Shown here piece by piece: positions 41,146 to 54,888 of a DNA stretch of 64,000 bases. Below the pieces are notes generated by a model. The model had not been told where the DNA came from and made no database searches. It saw nothing but the letters and a program-made list of their open reading frames with translations. Within the stretch, counting starts at the first letter, position 1. The number at the start of each line of letters is the position of its first letter. Source of the DNA: Octopus vulgaris (taxonomy: Eukaryota); NCBI GenBank assembly GCA_951406725.2, contig OX597825.1:53816001-53880000 (forward strand). Direction: 5' to 3'. The translations under genes were made by a program, and so were the position numbers.

Positions 41146-41428
41146 TACACACACACACACACACACACATATTTATATATGGGGTATGTGAGTTTTCCAT
41201 ATATGTACATTTTTTCATTTTTTCCTTTGTCGTTTCTTAATTGTATGTACGTGTGTGTGTATGTGTGCATATATATTATATTATATGTGTGTGCGTGTGT
41301 ATGTGGATATCTATGTAAATGAGTGTCAGACTGTGTCCGGTGCATCTGTGCGACTTTCATGCACACGCTCCCTTCATTTATACGGATATGCGTATGTTTG
41401 TATATATGCAGGAATCTGAATATATGTT

Positions 41429-41467
<39 letters not shown>

Positions 41468-41544
41468 GTATATGTATACGTATAAATGTCTAAATACATA
41501 TGTATTATATATGTATTATGTTACGTGTACGTAACTAAGCACAC

Positions 41545-41632
41545 AATTGGTACTTAATTTATCGCTCCCGAAAGGACGAAAGGCAAAGTCAACCTCGGCA
41601 GAATTTGAACTCAGAACGTAATGACAGACGGT
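41545..41632 (-). mobile_element. Nin-core SINE fragment
   Basis: GGTACTTAATTTATCG..CCCGAAAGGACGAAAGGCAAAGTCAACCTCGGCAGAATTTGAACTCAGAACG. Confidence 0.85.
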
Positions 41633-41759
41633 CATAATACACAAACATTTCTTATGGCACCAGTTCACTGTTTACAGATGCTTACATTTTTAACGATTTT
41701 CTTAAATTTTTCACGGGTCCAACCAGTTCTTATTATTATCATAATCAAAATCAACGAAT

Positions 41760-42177
41760 GTGACAAGAATGGCTGGAGTATGTGGGCCTGGTTTTAGCTG
41801 GACGCTGTAAGCTTACCGATTAATCCATCATATCCATGTGATTCTAGTATTGTAAGGAAAGAGGATGAAAAGGTGAAAATATACAATCCTATACGATTTA
41901 AACTGGAAGTGTGTGGAACACGAAATGCTGAATGATTGTACCTCTAAAGTTGGTTCACAATGGACTGTGAGTGATGAAATAGGCCGATGGGTAAAGAAAA
42001 TGGAAATGGAATCTTGCAGAGGTTCTACAGAAGATTTGCTTCATAGCAACAGGAAAGATGACGGTTTATTGAAACAGTACGTATATCTAACGTAACACGG
42101 ATCAATCCCTTACTTACATACAGTCTAACTGGAATGAAGCTAGTCTTGAGTCAAGGTATTGAAGTAGTAGTAGTAGC

Positions 42178-42220
<43 letters not shown>
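41760..42220 (+). mobile_element. R4/Dong-type LINE 3' end (RLE relic) with (TAG)n tail
   Basis: PCDSSIVRKEDEKVKIY...VPLKVGS..TVS...EVLQK resembles the RLE C-terminus; frameshifted. Confidence 0.55.
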
Positions 42221-42344
42221 CCGATGATGATGATGATGATGATGATGATTTCTTTTTTGAGAACAAGGCTCACAAAATAATTCGGAGACGATGGGGTGGG
42301 GAAAAGGAAAGTCCATGACACTGAACTCTATGGTAGCTCCTCGA

Positions 42345-43190
42345 TGGACATACAAAATTCCTGATTACTGGTGAAATTTTGAATATTTTGAAGTATTCCT
42401 TTACCGAGCAGTGAAGAAGTGTATCAAAGGCCTTCTTGTAGTCTATCCAGGCCTTTTGAGACAATCTCTAAAATTCCTCATCTTAATTAGATCCCTACGT
42501 ATATAAAACCCATGTTTACATTATTTTTGTTCATCAGGAAGATGTTATTGTTAATGAGAAAAGCACATGTGGATTTCATCGCATAAGATGTAATAGGTTT
42601 GTACATTATTATAAAGCACGTTATGGATCCGTAGTTCTTAGGCCTCTTTGATTCATCATTTTGGGGGAGGCAAAATGTTATACCATTGGTCAGCCATTCT
42701 GGGGTCGACTGCGATTCCGTGTAAGAACTAATTAGTTTTTTTTTTGTGAGTTTAGAAATACACTAAGTCAATAATTTGTTTTAATGTGAGTCTGATACTT
42801 GTGCCTTCCCATATTGACTCTCCAGTAAGCTCAGTACCTTTTTTTCGTCTCTTAATCTATGGGGCATCATAGATGGGATCCTTTTCACCTGCCCAAATTT
42901 ATTACAAACCTCCAGTATTTCATGCTCTGGTGGGATTTCTTCTATTTCTTCTATACTCTTTCTTCTTTCTAATATGCCTATATAATTTCTTTGGATTGAT
43001 TTTAAACATGCTGTATCAGGACAAGGTACTTCCGTTCTACCAGTACAACATTTGTGTACAAAAGAAAAAGAACAACATTAGTGCATAGTGTGAAACATGT
43101 TGTCTTTGTCTATTGCTTGGAATCACGGTTGGTGTGGAGATGTAATATATAACAACCATAACATCTGCTATTCTTCTGCATAAAAATCTT
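42345..43190 (-). mobile_element. R4/Dong-type reverse transcriptase fragment, decayed
   Basis: PEWLTNGITF...PKNYGSITCFIIMYK...EQK.C...AWIDYKKAFD. Confidence 0.8.
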
Positions 43191-44870
43191 CATTTGGGGG
43201 ATGATCTACCAAAGCCTAAATCTTGAAACTGAGCATTCCATGTACAGAAACCTGTATTCAACCACAAGTGAATAAAATTCCAGATCTCGTAAATGATTTG
43301 TTGTCTCAGTAGTATATCATATTGTATGATGATTGTGTCGTGTATGATTCTTGTGTGTAAAGCAGAAAGTGTAAGTTATGTGTACCTTTTACTTTATGTG
43401 TAGCATCCTGTGTACTCCTACCATTTCCGACTATGGTTAGACGAAATGAATCGAGAAAATTGCTTTGAAGCATCAAATGATACTGGTTTTCGCTTCAATT
43501 CTTAATAATTCTATCTGGGTTTGCCTTGTTATAATAATTATACCTTGTTGGTATGTCCGTTTTTTATATGTAATTACACCTCAAAAGTCTGACTGGTCTA
43601 TTGAATTATATAACAGTGCTTTGCCTTGATGTACTTGCCAGTAAGGACAAGCAAGATTGTGTCCAGTTTGTTGTGTTATGTCGTGGTATGTCGTGTTACA
43701 TACCTTTTCATAATAAATTTTGTCCGTTTTCATGTAGGAACACTGCCCACTGGATTTAACTGCGCATATAGCATTCTTTATTAAGCACTGAGTAAGCACA
43801 AATAATAAATAATTGCTTAATTTTATTATTTTTATTACGTGCTTTCTCTGCCAAACAAAAATCTTTTCTCGGTTGTGTTTGCAGTAATATGTGTGCAGTA
43901 CATAGGAGAACAGTTTTCCCCTATGATGTCTTCAGTTGTTTTTATATCTCAAACAAAATAATCGATTCTTCTGTAAAATCCACGTCATGTTTATAGTCTT
44001 GCTTCTAGTAGGATATTATTTACGGGATATAAATTTAACCACCCATGTACAAAAAAAAGCGTTAATTCTTCGTGTATAGCATTTTCACCATTCGGTATAG
44101 TTTAACATATAGAGCAAAATATAGGTAAATATGGGTAAGAGGCTCACACTGGAGTATTAGTCCCTTCAAATAAAGAACTAGTTAATTCTTTGTTTTGCCT
44201 CTATAAGAATATCCGGAATATTAGAACGGTTACATAACAGACGACACGATCAAGTTTGTAAATAAAATCAGTGCGTTTCTCACAGATATTAGCTAGAAAT
44301 AATATAAAATGATACAGCCATTTCCTTCATTGCATACATTCCATAATCTCTGATGTTAGGCGAGTTTTCCTTTATTTGTTTTGTTTGTTTTCTGTAGTTA
44401 TAATACCCTGTTGGGTGCCGATATATTTCTTCACTTAACGTATAGGGCCGATTGTTTATTTTGGTTCAATTCTCATCAGTTGGGGATCCTGGGTGCTTTA
44501 CCGTTGATTAATTATGGGAAGTAGACGAATAAAAGTTTATAATATGTTGAAACAGGCAAGGGAAAGTTTAGATGGATGAAATAAACTTTGAAATTCACTG
44601 CCGTAATTTACGTAATTTTTTTTTTTTTTTGAAAATAACGAAAGAAAAATTAAATACATAAAATTGCTCATGAAATAAAAAATAAACACACAACGTCATA
44701 TAGACACACACATACACACACAAACATAAGAACAACATGCAAAAACAATCTTTTGATCTTACAATTACTCTCATGGAATAGGTTTTGCATTACATGTCTA
44801 TTTCAGTCCACAGCTAATTCTAGCACTATATACCTACACACATACATAGAGTACACACACACACATACAT

Positions 44871-44915
<45 letters not shown>

Positions 44916-45065
44916 CTCACACACATATATATATAAATATATATATACATATGATTATATATATATATGTCTGTGTGTGTATGTATGTATATAGACATTA
45001 ATATATTTGCATACACACGAATAAGTATACGCACATCCGCACACACACACACATACATATATATA

Positions 45066-45103
<38 letters not shown>

Positions 45104-45144
45104 CGTTATCAGTCATCACCATCATAATTAGAGGCAGCAGCAGC

Positions 45145-45228
<84 letters not shown>

Positions 45229-45834
45229 TATCTTTAAATTGTATGATTACGTTTATGCATTATTTCGTTTGTTTGTCTGTGTAGTTTACTAAGGTTAACA
45301 TAATTATGAAAAATATTATTTTTATCATTATTAATATCACGTTTTATTTCATGTTTACATTTTACTTGTTATCTATTAATTTCGCATGTCGTTATTATAG
45401 TAGTTGCTTGTTTTGACTCATTCTAAATATTATTATCATTATTACCACTATCATTATTGTTGTTGTTCTTCTCAATAATAACAATAAAAATAATAATAAT
45501 AATAACAACAACAACAACAATAGCAACAATAATAATAATAATAATAATGTTGGTTTTGCGTTCATTATAACCATCATGATAATCACTATGGCAATCATCA
45601 GCGTAGACATCATGACTTCGAACAACCTTAAGATCATCAGTAGTCACAAATTGTGCCCATCCCCTTCAACATCATCCTGGCAATTCTACTCCACTTTTCC
45701 TCGTCACCATCCCTCTTATCGTCATCGTCTGCGTCATCACAAAAATCTTCAACACCACTATAAAACATCCCTAACACTAGTTATTTGTTTACTTGTTACT
45801 ACTGTAATATATATTTTTGTTGGCTTTTTATTGT

Positions 45835-45851
45835 CATTATTGTCATTATTG

Positions 45852-45916
<65 letters not shown>

Positions 45917-45920
45917 GTTA

Positions 45921-45973
<53 letters not shown>

Positions 45974-45977
45974 GTTA

Positions 45978-46015
<38 letters not shown>

Positions 46016-46034
46016 GTTATTGTTATTATTATTA

Positions 46035-46104
<70 letters not shown>

Positions 46105-46110
46105 CATTAT
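45835..46110. repeat. Long (ATT/GTT)n microsatellite
   Basis: Direct reading; source of the poly-L/I/Y/N ORFs. Confidence 0.95.
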
Positions 46111-46211
46111 TATTTTTCATTCAATAAATTCAACTCGGTTTCTCTTTGATATTTCTCAAATACACATTAAAGATATTTTTTAAAGAAAAAAAAACTTTGT
46201 CGTGTGCAAGG

Positions 46212-46257
<46 letters not shown>

Positions 46258-46329
46258 AAGTGAAAGAGACATAGAGAACAGACAGAAACTTAAGCATGCA
46301 AGTTTACATCTATACCTATTTATATCTCT

Positions 46330-46362
<33 letters not shown>

Positions 46363-46929
46363 CATATACGTGGCGCACATACAAGGTGATACTTTAGAGA
46401 AACATGGCATAAAAAGAGAAAGCCAGAGTGACATAAAGACAGTAAGAGAAGCAGTGAGATGAGAAAAGGAAGGAAAAAAAGATAAATAAAGAGGAAGGGG
46501 AACAGAGGCAAAGAGTAGGGGAAAAGGGAGATACAGAGGAGGAAATATATAGGGAGAAAGAAATGTTAAATAATTTGATCTTTCGAAATATTTTGATAAT
46601 ATTGCCTGTTTTCGTATGCCTATACACACACACATACATATATACAAATATATATGTGTGTGTGTGTATACATATATACACATATAATGTTTATATATAT
46701 ATATATGTATATGTGTGTACGCGTATGTGTCCATGCGTTTTGCATGTGTACGTGTGTTTGTGTATGTGCACGCCTATTCTCAGTGTGTATAAGTCGTGCA
46801 CGAAGTTTATGTTCACAAGATTATTTTTTTTATTTAATATTCATTAAAATTTTCTAAATTTAAATACTTTTGAGACGTGTCTATTTTTGGGGTAAATACT
46901 TCTCAAAAAATATGCACATACATATATGC

Positions 46930-47093
<164 letters not shown>

Positions 47094-47506
47094 CTACTCT
47101 GTGTGTGCGCGCGTGCGCTCATTCATATACCAATTTTTTTCTCCTTCTATGTGTCTATCAATCTGCCTATTCTCCTCTCACTATCTCTTAGAACATATAT
47201 ACAAGCTCACATTCCTATACACAGACCCACAGATGTATATATATATATATATGATGGGTGATATATACAAACATATATGCGTATGTGCGTCTGTATTTAT
47301 CTATGTACGTTATAATGTTTGTATGCGTACCCGGATACGTTTGATTTTTAACGTATACACATACATCAGACATATAAATAAATAGTCATACATTATACAT
47401 TATATGATTTCTGAAGTTATTTCTGCTTATACGCACACTTTTCTCCATTTGTGTGTGTATGAATGTCTGTATATATACGTGTATAAGTATAATCATAAAC
47501 ACAAGC

Positions 47507-47573
<67 letters not shown>

Positions 47574-48377
47574 ATATACATATATATATATACATATATA
47601 TCTATATATATTCATACATATTTATATATATATATATATACATATATGTGTGTGTGTGTGTGTGTGTCTGTGTATGGGTGACTGTATGTGTATATGTTTG
47701 TGTTATTTTTTTAAGGTGAATTTAAAACACTAATAAAAGAAAGTGATGATGAAATGAAGAAAGACGTGTAAAGATAAATTGGTTCACAAATTAGTGAGAT
47801 GAAAGGAATTATTTTTCGATGTTATTTCTTGTAGAAATGGCTGTCAATAAATAGACGGAATCACTTAACACTGTCATAGTCACCCTTCAACCAACCAAGT
47901 AATCAACCAGCCAACCAGCGAGCCGAACATCTTACGTACATACCTATCTACCTACATATGTATCTACTTAATATCTTCTGACATTTAACATTTTCTATGT
48001 CCTGATTCACTTGATGAATTCAAGACACTCCTGGTATCTATATCTTCGCCACTCCTCCTCTACAGGTATATGCTCTTCGTAACCTTTCCTCAGACCGGAA
48101 AATTTGTTTATGTTTTTAAAGTCACTAGCTTGACAGGTTGTCCTATCTCACCTCCAGTAACCTTGGAGTTCATATATTTCTTGCACTGGAATATTTCTCA
48201 ATGTTGAGAGGCAGACAGAGAAGAGCAAGTTTGTATATTTGATATAGTGTGAGTTTGCTAAATCTAAACGTTAGCTACTGAAAATAAACCCATAATGAGA
48301 ATAAAAGTCATTACCACTAGAGACCACGAAGACAGGATAGACATCTCTGTAAATAAAACTGATCAACACTTGTTTTT

Positions 48378-48618
48378 CCCCGTCCAGGGTCCTAAGTCAC
48401 AACGTGTCGTTTTCCTTGGTTTGTTTCGTTTCGTTTGCTCTTGCAAGAAATTTTTTTTGCCGGCGCCGCCAATTGGGAAGCATTCAGTCTTATTTTAAAG
48501 GGGCGAAACTGAAAAGTACCATTGGTTGATAATTGATGAAGGGTTATGGACTTTCTATTTGCTTAACGTTTGTTTTTACATTCATGTCGTTTGTCGTTAT
48601 GTCGTTTATTTATATATT

Positions 48619-48670
<52 letters not shown>

Positions 48671-49298
48671 CTGCACGTGATTGTGCAATGCCCCAAGGTG
48701 ACTGAGCTCTGGGCTTATATCGAACACCTGCTGTCGCATTCGAGAATAGTACAACTGTCGAGCGAATCTGTAATTAAGATCGTTCCACCGACCTCCCTGA
48801 ATAGGGAGGAGCGAGCCTGTTTTCTCTCGGTAGTTGCTGTGGCGAACGAGGTAGTATGGAAGACGAGAGGGAAAGGAATTACAACAGGCATGTTCATCTC
48901 CAGTCTCGAGCTAATCGACTTTTTCGCTTTCCACATGAAACGGAAAATAAGGCTGGAGAAGAAATGCCTGTCGCAAAGTGTGTTTCGTAAAAGATGGAAG
49001 TCTGTAGCAAGTATGTTGCGAGTGAAAGAACCTGTTTAAACGAGAACATAAAAAGGAGAAAGCAAAGTCTTCAGTATGAGTATGTGGTTTGTGGGGTCGA
49101 CCGTGTCCTCCGCTTCATTTTTTGTAAATCACTCATTCTCATTTAATTGTATATATTTTAATTTTTGTTTATTCATACGTTTCGTCTCATTCGATACCCT
49201 GACCCTAATGTTTGTTTTGTCTGTCCTAGTATCACCCCCTCTTTTTTCCTTAATCTTATGGTGAATAAAGACATTCTCTCTCTCTCTCTCTCTCTATC

Positions 49299-49329
<31 letters not shown>

Positions 49330-49330
49330 C

Positions 49331-49377
<47 letters not shown>

Positions 49378-50215
49378 CTCTCTCTCTCTCGCTCGCTCCC
49401 TGTTGCCTTGATTCCTTCTCCTTTTCTTTCTCTCACCCTGTCACTTTTGTTCCAACCTGCCTAGATATTTCTCTCTTTGCCTCTTGTACTTCCTAGCCTT
49501 TCTGCTTCCCCTCATCCACGTCCCCCTTTCTTTCTCTGTTACTCCTTCTCCCTGCTGTCTTTCCCCTCTGCATGCTGCTGTCACGCGATTAGCGGCCAGT
49601 TCTGCTTTTTCTTCTTTCTTAAACTGGACTCTGAGCTGACCAATGCAAGTTCACTTACCTTGTGCCTTCTATTCTAGCCTTTCTACTTACTCTCTTTCTC
49701 TATCTCTCCCTCATCTATTTCTAGCCTTTTTCCTTCCCCCTTCTTTTCTATGTCACTCCCTCTCCCTACTGTCATTCTCCTCTGCCTGCTGCTGTCAAGT
49801 GACCAGCGGCTAGTTCTTCTTTCTTCCTTTCTTAGACTTGTAACTTGGCTGACCAGTCTCAAATTCTGTCTCTCCGTTCTCCAGCGTTCAAAATATTTTC
49901 TAAGCGTTACCCACTATTCTCGTCTTCTTGACCCCGAAACTGTATTCTTTTCCCCTTTTTGTCCTCGTCCACCGTCTTAAATCACACTGTGTCGTTTTCC
50001 TTGTCTTATTTCTTTCTGTTTGCTCTTGTCCATAATTCTTCGCAAGAAAACTTTTTATGCGTGAGCCGCCAATTGGAAATCGTTCAGTCTTATTATTGAA
50101 GGTCCTAAACTGAAAAGTACGATTGATTGATAACTGATGAAGGATTATGGACTTTCTATTTGTCTCACGTTTGTTTTTTTACATTCAATATACGTTGTGT
50201 CGTTTGTTTACATAT
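48378..50215 (+). mobile_element. Two diverged direct ~240-bp repeats (48378-48615, 49962-50215), family E, PLE-terminus-like
   Basis: GTGTCGTTTTCCTTG...GCCGCCAATTGG...AAACTGAAAAGTAC...TGATGAAGG.TTATGGACTTTCTATTTG in both copies. Confidence 0.75.
48667..49275 (+). mobile_element. 5'-truncated L1/Tx1-type LINE inserted in a (TC)n tract
   Basis: VLHVIVQCPKVTELW (C-terminal Zn-knuckle region), open to a stop at 49039; AATAAA at 49264; (TC)n on both sides. Confidence 0.8.
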
Positions 50216-50225
50216 ATATATATAT

Positions 50226-50460
50226 ATAGTTCAAATTTACTGGAAATAACAGGCGAAGACATGTGAAGGTGTGAAGGAACAACAAGCAGATATATTAGTT
50301 TAATGCTCGGAAAAAACTGAAACGTCTTGGACGTTTCGAACCTACGTTCTTCGACAGAATACAATGAGAGGAAAAAAACAGAGCGAATCCGAAAAAAAAA
50401 ACGGGAAGAGAAAAATTGTGTAAGGATTAACCGTTCAACATGATGAAATGGCCGGAAGAA
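50226..50460 (-). mobile_element. Family C-related hammerhead-carrying element next to (TA)n
   Basis: Minus strand CUGUCGA-A-GAAC-GUAG-GUUC-GAAAC-GUC at 50326-50360. Confidence 0.65.
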
Positions 50461-50775
50461 AGAGGCTGAGTGAAAGAAATAATAATGATGAACTGGCCGA
50501 AAGAAACTGCGCAAGCGCACATGCGTATGTGTGAATGGGGGGCGCCGTTTACTCAACATGCAGAAATTGATCATCTATTTTGTATATCTTAAACTACGTC
50601 TGATGAGATTCGACTTTCAAATTATTTTTAAAACTTTATGAAATAGCTGTAAGGAATGTTAGTCGATTTTTTAATTGATAAAAAATAATCTATTAATTAC
50701 CTCTCTATTTTCTTAACTTATTATAATAAATAAATGAATGTAAACCACGGTTTATATAGTTGCCTTGCAATTGCA

Positions 50776-51016
50776 ATACAGTTCTATATTTAAGAGATTA
50801 GGAATTATGTACATTACTTACATTATTTGCAATTAACTGATATTTGTACTCATCTTGTCTGTTGTTAACACAACGTTTAAGCTGATATACCCTCCAGCCT
50901 TCATCAGGTGTCTTCGGGAAATATCGAACCTGGGTTCTCATTCCTAAGGTATATTTCAATGTTGTTATTATTATTATCATTATTATTATTATTCAGGTCA
51001 CTGTCTGGAATCGAAT
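50776..51016 (-). mobile_element. Family D element: B-box-like remnant, (AAT)n, then hammerhead
   Basis: Minus strand TTCGATTCCAGACAGTGACCTG, (AAT)n, TAGGAATGAGAACCCAGG, ACAC-CUGAUGA-A-GGCUG...CAGCU-UAAAC-GUU-GUGU. Confidence 0.75.
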
Positions 51017-53900
51017 TTCTTTAATGCCGTGCATTTGAGGTAACAATAGTTATATGGGTGAATTAAGTTTAATCCACTTTTAATAACGTAGGTATACTCA
51101 AGGTTAGAATGAGGCTAACTGACACACTATGCACAGCGCAACACCAGTCGTCTCGAACCTTCTATTATATGGCTGAATATAATATTAAATATTTAGAGTT
51201 TTTCCAGGCCAACACGCTAATGATGACATCATAACTATATTAATTAACTTATAACTTAATTTTCTTTGAGCAATGATCTAAACTATCGCTTTCTGAACGA
51301 AGTACTTTGAAATATATTTCCACGTGAATTTACAGATTCACTGTTTTCGCCTTCAGAGATTTGGTGAATCAGTGGTTGATCTGCTGGAAACCAATCTATA
51401 ACCTGTAAGAATCAACACTATAGTTTAGTTGTTGCAGTATAGAATAAATAATCACATAATGAATATTCATAGTTTCACTCCTCGTTTTATAGCATAACCA
51501 TAATTAAGAATAACATTTCGAAGAAACCGCATGCATCTCATTATTGAGTGGATTTGATTAATCTCACCCTTTGAAATGCCTTTGTATCTTCATCGCCCCT
51601 TGGGAAAATAGAAACCAAAGAGAAATTCTTAGCAACATTTGGAAATAAGAACATACCTATGGAGCCGTTCCAGCAAAACATGTGATTGAAACACGGATTA
51701 GAACTAAGAACATACTTAATGAAACGTAACTAAATCCTTTAAAATATACAATCCGATGCCCTACTGTTGAAAACACCCTTCAACCCACCCCTACTATTCT
51801 CTACCACACTTACGATACTCACAACAGCACCAACAAGAATATCTATATTTATTCCTTTAAACCTGACTGAAATATATTTTTATCAATATTTCTGAAGTTA
51901 AACATCTGTTGTTTGTACGATCTTTTCTCGTCATTTATGTTTATTTTACGTGCAAATCACCTCTGGCAGATTTTATATCCCTCTTTCAGTTTTAACTTGC
52001 TAAAATATTCACAATTTAGAACTAAAATGGCGAACAATCTACATTCTTTCATTTTTTTTATCTCTCCCATTGTGTTAGCACACGATTCACCCACCATATT
52101 CATACACATATACATGTATGCATATTTACAGATATAGAAACATATAAATATACATGTAATACACAAATAGACATAGAAACATACACACACAAATATATGT
52201 CTAGAAAAAAAGCAGAAACGTTTAAAGATGCACAAACACATACACATGTATATATATTATATGTAAATACGTATGTATGTATATAAACATAAATATATAT
52301 ATACAAACATATAGCATATATATGTACATTGATATATATATATATATATATATGTACATACATGTACATGCGTATATATACTTATATATACTCCCACATA
52401 CATATATACACACACATATATATATACAAATATTTATACACATGCGCATATATATACATTCATGCATCATACATACTATTTGAAATATTTATGCAAGAAT
52501 TCTTCTGCTTTAGTTTAGAAACCATGATTAACTATATTACTCTAAGACACAAAACTACACTAATACCTGAATACATTTAACTAAATTTTCACTTTCCTTG
52601 CAAATGCTGAAACATGCGTACTTAAACCTTTTCCCCAGTGCCGAATGAATATTAGTCCTATTTTACTGAGATTATCTACAGGATAATTAGCTTATAAATC
52701 TATGATATTCAAGTAATAACGTTCAACCGGTTAAATATCAGCCAAAAGAGATTTCCATTTACCGCTACTACAATGGTTAGAACTCTGAAATAGTACGCTA
52801 GTACCACTTCTTTCTCTGCATCATTTCAACGAAGGAGTCCTTACGTGGCTAGGAATACCCACCAAATATCCCTTAATTCATAGTATACAGAAATAAAGTG
52901 AAGAGCTTATTCGCTAATTTCTAGTCCAAGAACGCGTTATTAAATCCAGTTTGGTCTCGGCTAGATTTCATCTGACCTCAGCGCTGCTCAAACACATTTT
53001 GTGAACGATTAAACAAGAACGACACCTATATCACTTAAACACGCCCATTTTCACTCAAATAACCCTCTCTCACAAATTATTAAAATATGTACGGCATTCA
53101 TCTGATCCTTCGTCTACAGTTTTACCACTCTCTTCATTTCGAACAGTTCCCTCGATATATTTATAAACAACGCCCTGGAAAAATTACGTTTGAGCACGAA
53201 AACATTAACTTACCATGGTTGTTAGAAGAGGGACACAGGTAGACATTCCTGATTGTGACGATGAGTATAATTGGCAACTTTGAAGAGTAATACGTAATTG
53301 TTGCTTTCACTCTCTAACAGTTGTCTTTCTCTTACTCTTATAACAGTATAATTGTAAATACATCAAACCTGATCTTCACTATAATCCTGCTGGACAGTAA
53401 GTGTCATTACCAGTTGACTTAGCGGCGAGCATATATTTTAAGATACTTAAATTCCTTCTCATATATTAAGTGAGTTGCAAGCTTGTCTAAGAGAATAGTT
53501 CAACTGGTCAATAAATATTATACTGCCACCTTGGGTTGTTGGAAACGTATGTGCTTCTCTTTTTGTCATCTGTGATATTCTGTATAAATGAAGATATTTC
53601 CTCCGTCTGGCTGCTTTACTCTCTACAAAAAAGGAAAGTTACATTGAGGAAGTGTCATTTTAACGACTTGTATTTAATTATCACCCGACGAGATACATCT
53701 GTACCAACGGATGTTCCTGTTGTTGAATGTCGCACCCAAGAGGAATCGATGCTAGATGTGTCGAAACATGTGTCAGGATTACTGATAAATTCTTGTATAT
53801 TCCATCTTCTGTCTTTCATTTGCTATATATACATATGTGATTGTGAGTGTGCGTGTGTGTGTCTTTGCATATATATATTTATGAATATATATATATAATC

Positions 53901-54262
53901 AAAAAATAAGCAACAAGAATGGATCCGGTAATTTAGTACAATTGTTTCATACTACAACATTTTATTAAAAGCTGTAAATATTACAGCAGATTTAAGATGC
54001 CGAGTAATCTTAGGCTAATTTAATATAAGTTTTCCAATAATATAAAGTTTTCAAATCAATTAATAACATCTTAGGAAAGGTAAATATACAGATGAAGATG
54101 TAAATATGAATCTTAGGAACATGAGGTCGTGTAGTTCAGATGCCAACTGACCAAAATCTTGTTTACAACAAATCTGCTGTAATATTTACAGCTTTTAATA
54201 AAATGTTGTAGTATGAAACAATTGTACTAAATTACCGGATTCATTCTTGTTGCTTATTTTTT
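53901..54262. repeat. 93-bp inverted repeat (one mismatch) with ~176-bp spacer
   Basis: Arms 53901-53993 and 54170-54262. Confidence 0.9.
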
Positions 54263-54384
54263 TTATTATAATCACCCCGCATATTTTTATGGGTAACACC
54301 ATAAATATTCTGGTGCATCTAAATTAAGTGCCATATTCATTTGAATCTAAATTGTTGCTGAACATATATATATATATATATATA

Positions 54385-54610
54385 CAGTGTTGGCCAAAGG
54401 TCACGTGCAGTAAATCAAATCTATTTAATTCCAAGTTACATTTACGTTTAACATCTGAATGAATTTTATAAAAGCATCTAGATATGAAAATTGCTCAAAC
54501 TGAAGCCTTTCTTGAGAGACTACATAACTGTAATAAATAAATAAAATTGAACATTATGCATTTATGAAATTTTGATCTACTATCGGGTTGGTGACATTTT
54601 AGCAACACTG
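54385..54610. mobile_element. Tc1/mariner-type MITE
   Basis: TIRs CAGTGTTGGCCAAAGGTCAC and GTGACATTTTAGCAACACTG; TA at the left flank. Confidence 0.7.
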
Positions 54611-54673
54611 TGTACATATGTATGTATGCACGATTGTATGTATGCATTTATATATATATGTATATATATATAC

Positions 54674-54716
<43 letters not shown>

Positions 54717-54732
54717 AGAGAGAGAGAGAGAG

Positions 54733-54788
<56 letters not shown>

Positions 54789-54888
54789 CGATATGTATAT
54801 ACATATATATGGATATTGTGCGTGTGTGTGTGTAAAATTTTGAAAAGGAACACATGAGTTGATATATATATATATATATATATATATG

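Noticed and set aside
45576-46183. Poly-Leu, poly-Asn, poly-Ile and poly-Tyr ORFs
   Set aside because: Reading frames of a single (ATT)n tract
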